64,000 bases of DNA, taken from the NCBI GenBank assembly GCA_002441545.1, contig DJWL01000005.1, positions 7,533 through 71,532 on the forward strand, given 5' to 3'. Below the pieces are notes generated by a model that did not search any database, was not told the DNA's origin, and saw nothing but the letters and a program-made list of their open reading frames with translations. This document shows positions 19,504 to 28,633 of the stretch, piece after piece (position 1 is the first letter of the stretch; every line of letters starts with the position of its first letter). The DNA comes from Flavobacteriaceae bacterium UBA6231. GTDB taxonomy: Bacteria > Bacteroidota > Bacteroidia > Flavobacteriales > Flavobacteriaceae. Made by a program: the position numbers and the translations under genes.

Positions 19504-21117
19504 TTAGCTTAATGAAGCGATTTTAGCTTTTATTTCCTCTTTTTTATCTCTCGATAATCTAACACAAGGTCTTTCTGAAATAATAACTGAAACTCCTTTA
19601 TATTTCAATTCATTTCTTAATAACTCAACATTTTGTTCATGATTTTTATTTAAAGGTATCATGGTTTTTAAATGGTCTGGATGCACTCCAATACCTAAAC
19701 AAATTTTATGCAACCTTCCAACAGCAGATGATTCTTGTGCTCCAGTCATGGCAATTGCTGAATTATCTGAAATGATTACTGTTATTGGAGAATTTTCATA
19801 AACTGCATCTAACAATCCCGTCATTCCTGAATGCGTAAAAGTTGAATCACCTATTACAGCAATGGCGTTTTCCAGTCCGGCATCAGCAGCTCCTTTAGCC
19901 ATAGTTATAGAAGCTCCCATATCAATTAGCGTGTTTACAGTTTTTAATGGAGGTAAAGCTCCTAATGCATAGCAACCAATATCTCCAAAGACGTTTTTAT
20001 TTCCTATTTCTGGAATTAACTCATTAATAGTATTAAATAAATCGGTATGACCGCAACCTTCACAAAGCTGTGGCGGTCTGCCAGATACTATTTCGGGAAT
20101 GGATTTAGAAATATTTTGAAAAATGCCTAAAGATTTACCAACAGTATTTGGATTAAGCTCACCTGTTAATGGAATATCTCCAGTTAATTTACCTTTAATT
20201 TTATCATTTTTATTAAAATAGTCATGTAGTAGTTCCTCAACTAAAGGATATCCTTCTTCAACTACAATTATTTTATCGCAATGCTTATAAAGTTTTTTTA
20301 TTTTTTCTTTAGGTAATGGATATTGAGAAATTTTCAAAATAGAATAAAAAGAAACATCATCACCAATATTTTCCATAACATAGTTATAAGCAATACCGCA
20401 AGCAATAATTCCAACATCATTATGTTGACTCAATTTTAAATCATTTAAAGAAGAACTTTCTGAAAGCTTAATTAAAATAGCCTTTTTATTAACTAATTTG
20501 TCAAATTGCTTTCTAGCATTCATTGGTAAAAGTGCAAACCTAGACGTATCAGTTGGTAATTGCATCACATTCTGAGCTCTTCTTTCTCGCAATTCAATAC
20601 CTGCACGCGAATGAGACAAACGAGTCACCATTCTTACCAAAACAGGTAGCTTTAATTCTTCAGAAAGATCAAAGGCATAATGCATAATATCATAAGCCTC
20701 TTGCTGATTTGAAGGCTCTAATATTGGAATCATGGCAAATTTTCCATAAAACCTTGAATCTTGTTCATTTTGTGAAGAGTGCATAGAAGGGTCATCAGCC
20801 ACCACAACTACAAGTCCACCATTAATTCCTGAAACAGACATATTCATAAAAACATCTGAAGCTACATTTAACCCCACATGCTTCATCACAACCAAGGCTC
20901 TTAAACCAGTATATGACATACCAAGAGCAGACTCCATAGCGGTTTTCTCGTTAACAGACCAGGTAGCATGAATTTTCAATTCCCTTGCAAGTTTTGACCT
21001 TTGAATATATTCAGTAATTTCAGTAGAAGGGGTTCCAGGATAAGCATAAACTCCCGATAATCCAGCATCAATGCTACCTTGAGCCAGTGCTTCATTCCCT
21101 AACAATAAACTTTTCAT
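19504..21117 (-). CDS. iorA: Indolepyruvate:ferredoxin oxidoreductase alpha subunit (short form)
   Basis: LLGNEA, YPGTPSTE, MKHVGLNVA, HSSQNEQDSR, CEGCGH, GDIGCY, GDSTFTHSG TPP motif. Confidence 0.92.
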   Translation of the reverse strand: MKSLLLGNEALAQGSIDAGLSGVYAYPGTPSTEITEYIQRSKLARELKIHATWSVNEKTAMESALGMSYTGLRALVVMKHVGLNVASDVFMNMSVSGINGGLVVVVADDPSMHSSQNEQDSRFYGKFAMIPILEPSNQQEAYDIMHYAFDLSEELKLPVLVRMVTRLSHSRAGIELRERRAQNVMQLPTDTSRFALLPMNARKQFDKLVNKKAILIKLSESSSLNDLKLSQHNDVGIIACGIAYNYVMENIGDDVSFYSILKISQYPLPKEKIKKLYKHCDKIIVVEEGYPLVEELLHDYFNKNDKIKGKLTGDIPLTGELNPNTVGKSLGIFQNISKSIPEIVSGRPPQLCEGCGHTDLFNTINELIPEIGNKNVFGDIGCYALGALPPLKTVNTLIDMGASITMAKGAADAGLENAIAVIGDSTFTHSGMTGLLDAVYENSPITVIISDNSAIAMTGAQESSAVGRLHKICLGIGVHPDHLKTMIPLNKNHEQNVELLRNELKYKGVSVIISERPCVRLSRDKKEEIKAKIASLS

Positions 21118-21169
21118 ATGATACTTCTATTTCTGTTAACAAATTTAAATGTAACACTATTAATAGAGT

Positions 21170-21183
21170 ATGATTTATGTCAT
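21170..21183. promoter_or_regulatory. FNR-like box ATGAT-TTAT-GTCAT upstream of iorA
   Basis: Centred 36.5 bp from the terminal G of TAAATTTG (21140-21147, minus strand). Confidence 0.6.
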
Positions 21184-21284
21184 ACTGGGATCAATAACTT
21201 AAGCAAAATAATTATAAATGTTAATTTTTGTTTAATGTTTTTAATATATAGTTAAACATTGTGTAAATTTGTGTATATTTAAAC

Positions 21285-21440
21285 ATGATATTACATACTA
21301 CCTATTCAAACAAAAGTAACAATCATCTAATCATTGACTTAGTTAATAAACTTTATTCATCTCTAGAAGCATTCAATATGAAAGGCATAGAATCAAAAAA
21401 GAATGATTTTAAATGCTGCAAGTCCGAATTTAATTTCTAG
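21285..21440 (+). pseudogene. Frameshifted, truncated remnant of a conserved flavobacterial hypothetical gene
   Basis: MILHTTYSNKSNNHLIIDLVNKLYSSLEAFNMKGIESK, continuing as RMILNAASPNL if one A is removed from the A6 run. Resembles from memory a longer protein that precedes gpx-tspO-phrB clusters; unverified. Confidence 0.4.
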
Positions 21441-21489
21441 CTAAATATTTGAAATGGAATGTGCTATTGTTACCTTTAAAATTTAATAT

Positions 21490-22032
21490 ATGAAATACTT
21501 ATTATTCTATATTCTCATGTTTACTTTTTTCACTAAATCTATATCTCAAACCATGTCAACACAATCTTTATACGATATTAAAATTAACAGTTTAACAGGA
21601 ACCCCCATTGATTTATCTCTCTATAAAGGGAAATACATCTTGTTCGTTAATGTGGCTTCCAAATGTGGTTTTACTGGTCAATACGAAGATTTACAAAAAT
21701 TGTATAATATTTATCAAGATAAATTAATGATTATTGGTGTTCCATGCAATCAATTTGGAGAACAGGAACCAGGAACTGCAGCAGAAATTCAATCTTTTTG
21801 TCAGGCAAATTATGGTGTTACTTTTGTTATGAGCGAAAAGGTTGATGTGAAAGGAAAAAACCAGCATCCTTTATATCAATGGCTCACAGATAAAACAAAA
21901 AATGGGAAATCAAGTTCAACAGTAAAATGGAATTTTCAAAAATACTTAGTTGATAAAAAAGGAGCGTTAATTGATTATTATTTTTCTATAACAAATCCCA
22001 TGAGTGATAAAATAACAAAGCATTTACAATAG
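21490..22032 (+). CDS. Glutathione peroxidase family protein (Cys type)
   Basis: NVASKCGFT, PCNQFGEQEPG, WNFQKYL; the active-site codon is TGT, not TGA. Confidence 0.93.
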   Translation: MKYLLFYILMFTFFTKSISQTMSTQSLYDIKINSLTGTPIDLSLYKGKYILFVNVASKCGFTGQYEDLQKLYNIYQDKLMIIGVPCNQFGEQEPGTAAEIQSFCQANYGVTFVMSEKVDVKGKNQHPLYQWLTDKTKNGKSSSTVKWNFQKYLVDKKGALIDYYFSITNPMSDKITKHLQ

Positions 22033-22036
22033 AACT

Positions 22037-22207
22037 ATGATTTCATTATTTAAACCTAATTCAGAAGCAGAAAAACTTCGAAAAAAATATGAAATACTAA
22101 TGAAGGAATGGCATACGCTTTTAAATATTAATCGAAAAGAAAGTAACAAAAAATTTGCCGAAGCACAAGAAATACTTAATAAAATTGACCGCTTAAATCC
22201 TAATTAA
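22037..22207 (+). CDS. 56-aa small helical protein, Lacal_2735-like (missed by ORF track)
   Basis: MISLFKPNSEAEKLRKKYEILMKEWHTLLNINRKESNKKFAEAQEILNKIDRLNPN; TAATG stop/start overlap with tspO. Confidence 0.75.
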   Translation: MISLFKPNSEAEKLRKKYEILMKEWHTLLNINRKESNKKFAEAQEILNKIDRLNPN

Positions 22208-22668
22208 TGAAGGTTCTAAAATATTTATTCGTTTTTCTAATCATTAATTTTGGAGCTCTAGGTTTAGGAGTATTGTTCATGCAAAATGGTCCACAAACAG
22301 ATTGGTATTTACAACTAAACAAAGCGCCTTGGACACCACCAGGCTGGGTTTTTGGAGCAGCTTGGTCTACTATTATGTTTTGTTTTTCTTTTTACATAAT
22401 GTATCTTTTTTTGGCACAACCAAATACTAAAGTCAAAATATTATTCACAATTCAATTCATTCTAAATGTAGGATGGAATTTTGTTTTTTTCAATCAACAT
22501 TTAGTTCTTCTTGGATTGATAGTAATACTTGCGCTTACTGCAATAGTTAGCATATTTTTATATGATTTCAGAAAACAAATGCAGCTAAAAACACTATTAA
22601 TCCTACCCTATTTTTTGTGGTTATGTATTGCATGTTCCCTGAATTTATACATTTTACTTTACAATTAA
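22207..22668 (+). CDS. tspO: TspO/MBR tryptophan-rich sensory protein
   Basis: WY..LNKAPWTPPGWVFGAAW, LNVGWNFVFF, PYFLWLCIA. Confidence 0.9.
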   Translation: MKVLKYLFVFLIINFGALGLGVLFMQNGPQTDWYLQLNKAPWTPPGWVFGAAWSTIMFCFSFYIMYLFLAQPNTKVKILFTIQFILNVGWNFVFFNQHLVLLGLIVILALTAIVSIFLYDFRKQMQLKTLLILPYFLWLCIACSLNLYILLYN

Positions 22669-22671
22669 ACC

Positions 22672-23139
22672 ATGAAGATTTATACCTTACATAAAAAGCA
22701 AAATTTACCTATTAATATGCAACAAGCTTGGGATTTTCTTTCAGATCCTAAAAATCTAAAAACTATCTCGCCAGACTATATGGGTTTTAATATTTTATGT
22801 GGTGCTGACCGACCTATGTATGCAGGTCAAATTATACAATACATAGTTAAACCTGTTTTTGGTATTAAAACAAAATGGGTAACTGAAATTACACATGTGA
22901 TTGATAAACATTATTTTGTTGATGAACAACGTTTTGGTCCGTATAAATTTTGGCATCACAAACACTTTATAAAAGAAATAGCTAATGGCATAGAAATGGA
23001 AGATATAATAGATTATAAAATACCTTTTGGAATTCTTGGCCAGTTAGTGCATCCTATTATTGTAAAGCCAAAACTTGAAGAAATATTTAATTACAGATCC
23101 AAAAAATTAGAAGAACTCTTTGGTGTTTATAAACCATGA
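22672..23139 (+). CDS. SRPBCC-family protein
   Basis: AWDFLSDPKNL, WVTEIT, FVDEQRFGPYKFWHHKH. Confidence 0.88.
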   Translation: MKIYTLHKKQNLPINMQQAWDFLSDPKNLKTISPDYMGFNILCGADRPMYAGQIIQYIVKPVFGIKTKWVTEITHVIDKHYFVDEQRFGPYKFWHHKHFIKEIANGIEMEDIIDYKIPFGILGQLVHPIIVKPKLEEIFNYRSKKLEELFGVYKP

Positions 23140-24440
23140 AGCAATCTGTAAATATTTTTTGGTTTAGACGAGATTTAAGACTTGAAGACAATGCAGGATT
23201 ATTTGAAGCCTTAAAGGGGAAGAATCCAGTACTTCCAATTTTTATTTTTGATTCCAATATTTTAGAACACCTTCCTGAAGATGATGCCCGAGTTACTTTT
23301 ATTCATGAAACACTACAAGACCTAAAGCAAACCCTTAAAGATTATTACGAGAGCGATATTGCATTATATCACGGAGAGCCATTAGATATTTATAAACATC
23401 TCATTTCAAATTATTCTATTGAAACTGTTTACACAAATCATGATTATGAACCTTATGCAAACAAAAGAGATAAAGAAATAAAAGACTTTTTAGCGACTCA
23501 AAACATAGAATTTAAAACTTATAAAGATCAAGTCATTTTTGAAAAGAATGAGATACTAAAAAACAATGGCACTCCATATGTAGTCTACACACCTTACATG
23601 AAAAGATGGAAAGCTATATTTAATTCTAAAAAATTAATTCACTTTGATTCAAAATCAAATTTATCTAAGCTTGTTAAGAACTTTAATGTGGCTGATTGTA
23701 ATCTTTCAGAAATGGGATTTAAAACGTCTTCACAAAAAATAAAAGAATATAACGTTTTATCTGATTTAATTAAAAATTATGAAGCAACACGTAACTATCC
23801 TGCACAGGATTCTACCTCTCGGTTAGGTCCACATTTACGTTTTGGAACTGTAAGTATTCGTTCAATAATTGAAAAAGTTGTTTCTGAAAAAAATGAAATC
23901 TTTTGGCAAGAACTTATTTGGCGCGAGTTTTTTATGCAGATTTTATGGCATTTTCCACACACATCTACCCAAAGTTTTAAACCACTATATGATCGTATTT
24001 TATGGCGAAATAATGAACTAGAATTTAAAATCTGGTGTGAAGGAAAAACAGGTTATCCATTGGTAGACGCTGGTATGCGTCAATTGAATAAAACAGGATT
24101 TATGCACAATCGTGTACGTATGCTGGTTGGTAGTTTTTTATGTAAACATTTATTGATTGACTGGCGTTGGGGTGAAGCTTATTTTGCTGAAAAACTACAC
24201 GACTATGAAATGGCTAGTAATGTTGGAAACTGGCAATGGGTAGCTGGTTGTGGTGTTGATGCTGCTCCATATTTTAGAATATTTAACCCTACAACGCAAA
24301 TTGAAAAGTTTGATAAACACTTAACTTATATTAAAAAATGGGTGCCGGATTTTCAAGAATTAACCTATCCAGCTCCTATGGTTGACCATCAGTTTGCCAG
24401 AGAACGCTGTTTGCAGGTTTATAAAAAATCCTTAAATTGA
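23136..24440 (+). CDS. phrB: CPD DNA photolyase
   Basis: WFRRDLRLEDN, TSRLGPHLRFG, WREFF, TGYPLVDAGMRQL, HNRVRM, NVGNWQW. Confidence 0.93.
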   Translation: MKQSVNIFWFRRDLRLEDNAGLFEALKGKNPVLPIFIFDSNILEHLPEDDARVTFIHETLQDLKQTLKDYYESDIALYHGEPLDIYKHLISNYSIETVYTNHDYEPYANKRDKEIKDFLATQNIEFKTYKDQVIFEKNEILKNNGTPYVVYTPYMKRWKAIFNSKKLIHFDSKSNLSKLVKNFNVADCNLSEMGFKTSSQKIKEYNVLSDLIKNYEATRNYPAQDSTSRLGPHLRFGTVSIRSIIEKVVSEKNEIFWQELIWREFFMQILWHFPHTSTQSFKPLYDRILWRNNELEFKIWCEGKTGYPLVDAGMRQLNKTGFMHNRVRMLVGSFLCKHLLIDWRWGEAYFAEKLHDYEMASNVGNWQWVAGCGVDAAPYFRIFNPTTQIEKFDKHLTYIKKWVPDFQELTYPAPMVDHQFARERCLQVYKKSLN

Positions 24441-24464
24441 ACAAATATTTCATTTTAAATAACC

Positions 24465-24749
24465 ATGCTAAATAAACGATTTAAAATTATCTTAATAGGC
24501 ATATTTTTAATACTACTTGTTCCATTTGTAGCCATGCAGTTTAGCACTGAAGTTTCCTGGAGTTTATTTGATTTTATAGTGGCAGCTTTATTGTTGCTTT
24601 CCACTGGATTATTGTGCGAATTTGTTTTAAGAAAAATAGCTAACCCTAAATATAAGATTATCTTTTTGATAATTGTCATTGCCGTCTTCTTGTTAATCTG
24701 GATTGAACTTGCTGTTGGAATTTTTGGTTCGCCATTTGCAGGAAGCTAA
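24465..24749 (+). CDS. Small three-TM hypothetical membrane protein
   Basis: 94 aa, hydrophobic, co-oriented after phrB. Confidence 0.7.
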   Translation: MLNKRFKIILIGIFLILLVPFVAMQFSTEVSWSLFDFIVAALLLLSTGLLCEFVLRKIANPKYKIIFLIIVIAVFLLIWIELAVGIFGSPFAGS

Positions 24750-24786
24750 CAATTTGCATATTTTTCATTTTATATTCTTAAAACTA

Positions 24787-25225
24787 ATGAAACAACCCCT
24801 ATTAATCTTTCTATTGCTGCTTGCAGGATGTTCAAGACAATCAAATCAGTGCAAGAAAATTGACAATGAAACTGCCAAAAAAGTTGTTATCGATTATTTT
24901 AAGGCCATTTCAAACAAGAACTTTGAAACTCTTAAAAGTCTCTGTCAACCCAAGATTATGTTCTTTTCGAAGTGGAGAAATATGGAATAATGATACCTTA
25001 ATTGATCGAATCAAAAAGAGTCCACAAGTACAAAGAAACTATGAGTTCAAAAATTTCACAATAGAAACCGATTGTAATGGTTCTTTTATTAACTATTTGA
25101 ATCATGGCATTTTTAAAATAAATGACACAACCCTAATTAACATTAACTGAATAGAATCCGCTTATGTAAAAAAAGTTGATGGTAATCTTAAACTTCACTT
25201 TTTACATTCGTCTATTGCAAAATAA
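24787..25225 (+). pseudogene. Disrupted NTF2-like/DUF4440-type lipoprotein gene
   Basis: Lipobox LLAGC, frameshifts near 24945-24975, in-frame TGA at 25148-25150, then IESAYVKK...LHSSIAK*. Confidence 0.7.
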
Positions 25226-25263
25226 AAAAAATCACACTAAATCTTTCTTTTTCTTAATTTTGC

Positions 25264-26208
25264 ATGATATCAATTGTTATGCAAATCTCAGGAAAACGTT
25301 ATTTAGATTACTCTTCTTTTATTAAATCTACATTTGGAAGTCGGGTACAAAAAATATCAATAAATATTGGTTTTTCGTGCCCAAATAGAGATGGCTCTAA
25401 AGGTTTTGGCGGATGTACATATTGCAATAACAATACTTTTAATCCAGATTACTGCGGTTCTACAAAAAGTATTAAACAACAATTAGAAGAAGGTATTAGT
25501 CGCTTTTCTAAAAAATATAAAACCCAACAATACTTAGCATATTTTCAAGCTTACACAAATACATATGCAGATTTAGAATCTCTAAAAAGCATGTACGAAG
25601 AAGCCTTATGTGTGCCAAAAGTTATTGGACTGGTTATTGGTACCCGACCTGATTGTATTTCTGAAGAGATTATTGATTATCTATCATTTTTATCAAAAGA
25701 CTACTTTATTTCTCTTGAATTTGGAGTTGAAAGCACTATAAACAGAACTTTAGAAAATGTTAATAGATGTCATACGTTTGAAGATACCAAAGCTGCTTAT
25801 AACTTGTGTAAAAACAAAGGGTTTCATTTAGGTGCCCATTTAATATTAGGTTTACCAGGAGAAACTAAAGAAGAGTTGTTAAACCATGCAATAGAAATTT
25901 CTAAACTTCCTATTACTACCCTAAAACTTCACCATTTGCAAATTGTTAAACAATCAATAATGGTAAACCAATATAAGAGAAACCCAGAAAATTTCAATTT
26001 ATTTACTTCTGAAAATTATATTGACTTTATTGCTGAGTTTATTGAAATACTTCGACCAGATATTATTATAGAACGCTTTGTTAGTGAAGCACCTTTAGAG
26101 TTATTGATTGCTCCAAAATGGCATTTTAAAAATTTTGAAATTGTAGCAAAAATTGATAAAAAAATTTTAGAAAAGAATACTTGGCAAGGAAAATATTATA
26201 AACAGTAA
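25264..26208 (+). CDS. TIGR01212-family radical SAM protein
   Basis: CPNRDGSKGFGGCTYC, YFQAYTNTY, IGTRPDC; may start at ATG 25279. Confidence 0.9.
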   Translation: MISIVMQISGKRYLDYSSFIKSTFGSRVQKISINIGFSCPNRDGSKGFGGCTYCNNNTFNPDYCGSTKSIKQQLEEGISRFSKKYKTQQYLAYFQAYTNTYADLESLKSMYEEALCVPKVIGLVIGTRPDCISEEIIDYLSFLSKDYFISLEFGVESTINRTLENVNRCHTFEDTKAAYNLCKNKGFHLGAHLILGLPGETKEELLNHAIEISKLPITTLKLHHLQIVKQSIMVNQYKRNPENFNLFTSENYIDFIAEFIEILRPDIIIERFVSEAPLELLIAPKWHFKNFEIVAKIDKKILEKNTWQGKYYKQ

Positions 26209-26212
26209 AATA

Positions 26213-27523
26213 TTACTCTACTCTTTCAATTTTAGCACCAATAGCACGTAAACGTTCGTCAATACGCTCATATCCTCTATCTATTTGTTCAATGTTTTGA
26301 ATAGTAGACGTACCTTTTGCAGATAAAGCGGCAATCAACAATGAAACACCGGCACGAATATCAGGAGATGTCATCGTAGTAGCTTTTAAGGTTGATTTAA
26401 AATCATGCCCAATAACGGTAGCTCTATGTGGGTCGCACAAAATAATCTTAGCTCCCATATCAATTAATTTGTCTACGAAGAACAAACGACTCTCAAACAT
26501 TTTTTGGTGGATTAAAACACTACCTCTTGCCTGTGTAGCTACAACCAAAATAATACTTAACAAATCGGGCGTAAACCCAGGCCAAGGCGCATCAGAAATA
26601 GTTAAAATTGAACCATCAATAAAACTTTGTATTTCATAACCATCCAAGTGTGCCGGAATATGAATGTCATCACCACGTTTTTCAACAGTAATACCAAGTT
26701 TTCTAAATACATTTGGTATTAATCCTAAATCATCCCAACTTACATTTTTAATAGTCAGTTCACTTTTAGTCATAGCAGCTAACCCAATCCAGCTACCAAT
26801 TTCTATCATATCTGGTAACATGGTATGAGTTGTTCCTCCTAAAGTTTCAACTCCTTCAATAATCAACATATTGGAACCTACACCACTAATCTTGGCTCCC
26901 ATTCTATTTAACATTTTACACAACTGCTGTAAGTAAGGTTCGCAAGCTGCGTTGTAAATAGTTGTTGTCCCCTCAGCTAAAACGGCAGCCATTACTATAT
27001 TAGCCGTTCCTGTAACAGATGCTTCTTCTAAAAGCATATAAGCCCCTTTTAGACGTTTTGCAGTAACACCATAAAATTGTTCTTCTTTACTGTAACCAAA
27101 TTTGGCACCTAGATTAATAAGACCTTCAAAGTGAGTATCTAAACGACGACGACCAATTTTATCACCTCCTGGTTTTGGAATGTAACCTTTACCAAAACGT
27201 GCTAGCAATGGTCCAACAATCATGATGGAACCACGTAAACCTCTTCCATCAATCTTAAATTCGTCAGATTCTAAATATTTTAAATTAACAACATCGGCTT
27301 GAAATGTAAAGGAACCATGTGATAACTTTTCAATTTTAACTCCTAGTTTTCTAAGTAAATTGATAAGTTTATTAACATCAACAATGTCAGGAATATTATG
27401 AATGGTTACTACCTCTGGAGTTAGCAAAACAGCACACAAAATTTGTAATGCTTCATTTTTGGCGCCTTGAGGTTGTATACTTCCTTTTAATTGATGACCG
27501 CCTTCAATTTTAAATGTTCCCAT
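26213..27523 (-). CDS. murA: UDP-N-acetylglucosamine 1-carboxyvinyltransferase
   Basis: GAKNEAL, PGGDKIGRR (Asp in place of Cys), SVTGTAN, PDIRAG, IDRGYE. Confidence 0.95.
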   Translation of the reverse strand: MGTFKIEGGHQLKGSIQPQGAKNEALQILCAVLLTPEVVTIHNIPDIVDVNKLINLLRKLGVKIEKLSHGSFTFQADVVNLKYLESDEFKIDGRGLRGSIMIVGPLLARFGKGYIPKPGGDKIGRRRLDTHFEGLINLGAKFGYSKEEQFYGVTAKRLKGAYMLLEEASVTGTANIVMAAVLAEGTTTIYNAACEPYLQQLCKMLNRMGAKISGVGSNMLIIEGVETLGGTTHTMLPDMIEIGSWIGLAAMTKSELTIKNVSWDDLGLIPNVFRKLGITVEKRGDDIHIPAHLDGYEIQSFIDGSILTISDAPWPGFTPDLLSIILVVATQARGSVLIHQKMFESRLFFVDKLIDMGAKIILCDPHRATVIGHDFKSTLKATTMTSPDIRAGVSLLIAALSAKGTSTIQNIEQIDRGYERIDERLRAIGAKIERVE

Positions 27524-27537
27524 ACTATATTATACGT

Positions 27538-28182
27538 TTAATAGCGTTTTCTTGGACGATTTGTATTTTTTTTAAACCCGCCTTTTTTATTTGTAGTATT
27601 GAATTTTGTTTTTGTACGCATTAAACTTGTAGCATCTGATAAATCTTCATCGGCATTTTTAAGATTTATTCTACCATTTGATAATTCATATAAATGCTGA
27701 AAAATAACGTCATCTTCAACAGTGTCTTTATTCCAATTTAAAAAACACTTTTTCATATGGTTTGCAATAGTGAAAATAAGAGCTTCCTTAAGTTCTCCTG
27801 CTTCCCAAGTATTGGCTACATCAATCATTGTTTTTATATTATTGCCATAAAAACGGTATTTTGGAAAGTTTTGAGGATAATTTAAAGGCTCTGGATGTTC
27901 TTCAAGAAATTCTTTTGAAGGTTTAGGATATGGTGAATCTGCATCTAATTCAAAATTAGACATGATAAATAATTGATCCCAAAGTTTATGTTGAAAATCG
28001 GGTACATCACGTAAATGTGGCTGTAAATTTCCCATAACAGATATAATAGCCTTTGCTAATTTATCGCGCTCTTCTTTAGTTTCACGTGATTTAGCATAAT
28101 TAATCATCTTTTGCATATGGCGACCATATTCTGGTATAATTAAATGCTCACGTTCTGTGTTGTATTCTAAATTGTCTGTCAA
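27538..28182 (-). CDS. DUF4290 domain protein
   Basis: LEYNTER..L.IPEYGRH, HKLWDQL; Bacteroidota gene typically next to murA. Confidence 0.85.
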   Translation of the reverse strand: MTDNLEYNTEREHLIIPEYGRHMQKMINYAKSRETKEERDKLAKAIISVMGNLQPHLRDVPDFQHKLWDQLFIMSNFELDADSPYPKPSKEFLEEHPEPLNYPQNFPKYRFYGNNIKTMIDVANTWEAGELKEALIFTIANHMKKCFLNWNKDTVEDDVIFQHLYELSNGRINLKNADEDLSDATSLMRTKTKFNTTNKKGGFKKNTNRPRKRY

Positions 28183-28250
28183 AATAAAGTGTGTAGAATT
28201 ATAAGTTTTTGCATGTAGTTGTTATGCATTTTCAAAAGTACAAAAAAAAA

Positions 28251-28544
28251 TTAAAGGCTAATAACACCTTCAACATTATTTATAACTTCTTTATACTTTT
28301 CAATAACAGTATCTGGGTTTCGCATAAGCACATTAATTGATAAACTTGTGTACTTTCCGTTTTTAGATTCTGTTGTATTAATAACGGCTCCAATATTGTT
28401 AAAAATTGCCTCAATTTTAGCAATATTATGAATATCGGATTTAATAATAAATTTATATAAATATTCAGCTGGCCAACTATTAGTTTGATATAACTGGTCT
28501 TTTAATTTTTCGTAAAATTCTTCAGGATTTGGACTTGTGCTCAT
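28251..28544 (-). CDS. DUF493 family protein
   Basis: WP..YLYKFII, SKNGKYTSLSI, GVISL. Confidence 0.85.
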   Translation of the reverse strand: MSTSPNPEEFYEKLKDQLYQTNSWPAEYLYKFIIKSDIHNIAKIEAIFNNIGAVINTTESKNGKYTSLSINVLMRNPDTVIEKYKEVINNVEGVISL

Positions 28545-28633
28545 AATAATTTAATAAGTCGCAAAGATACGTTTTCCATTGCATTTTTTTTTAAACATTA
28601 AAATTCCGAATTTTACACCAAATTAGCATCAAA

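Noticed and set aside
21229-21285. TGTTTAA/TTAAACA repeats upstream of the light-stress operon
   Set aside because: Irregular spacing in very AT-rich DNA; cannot be distinguished from chance.
25148-25150. In-frame TGA as selenocysteine or programmed readthrough
   Set aside because: Position fits Trp (TGG to TGA), the gene also has frameshifts, and no SECIS-like hairpin is evident.
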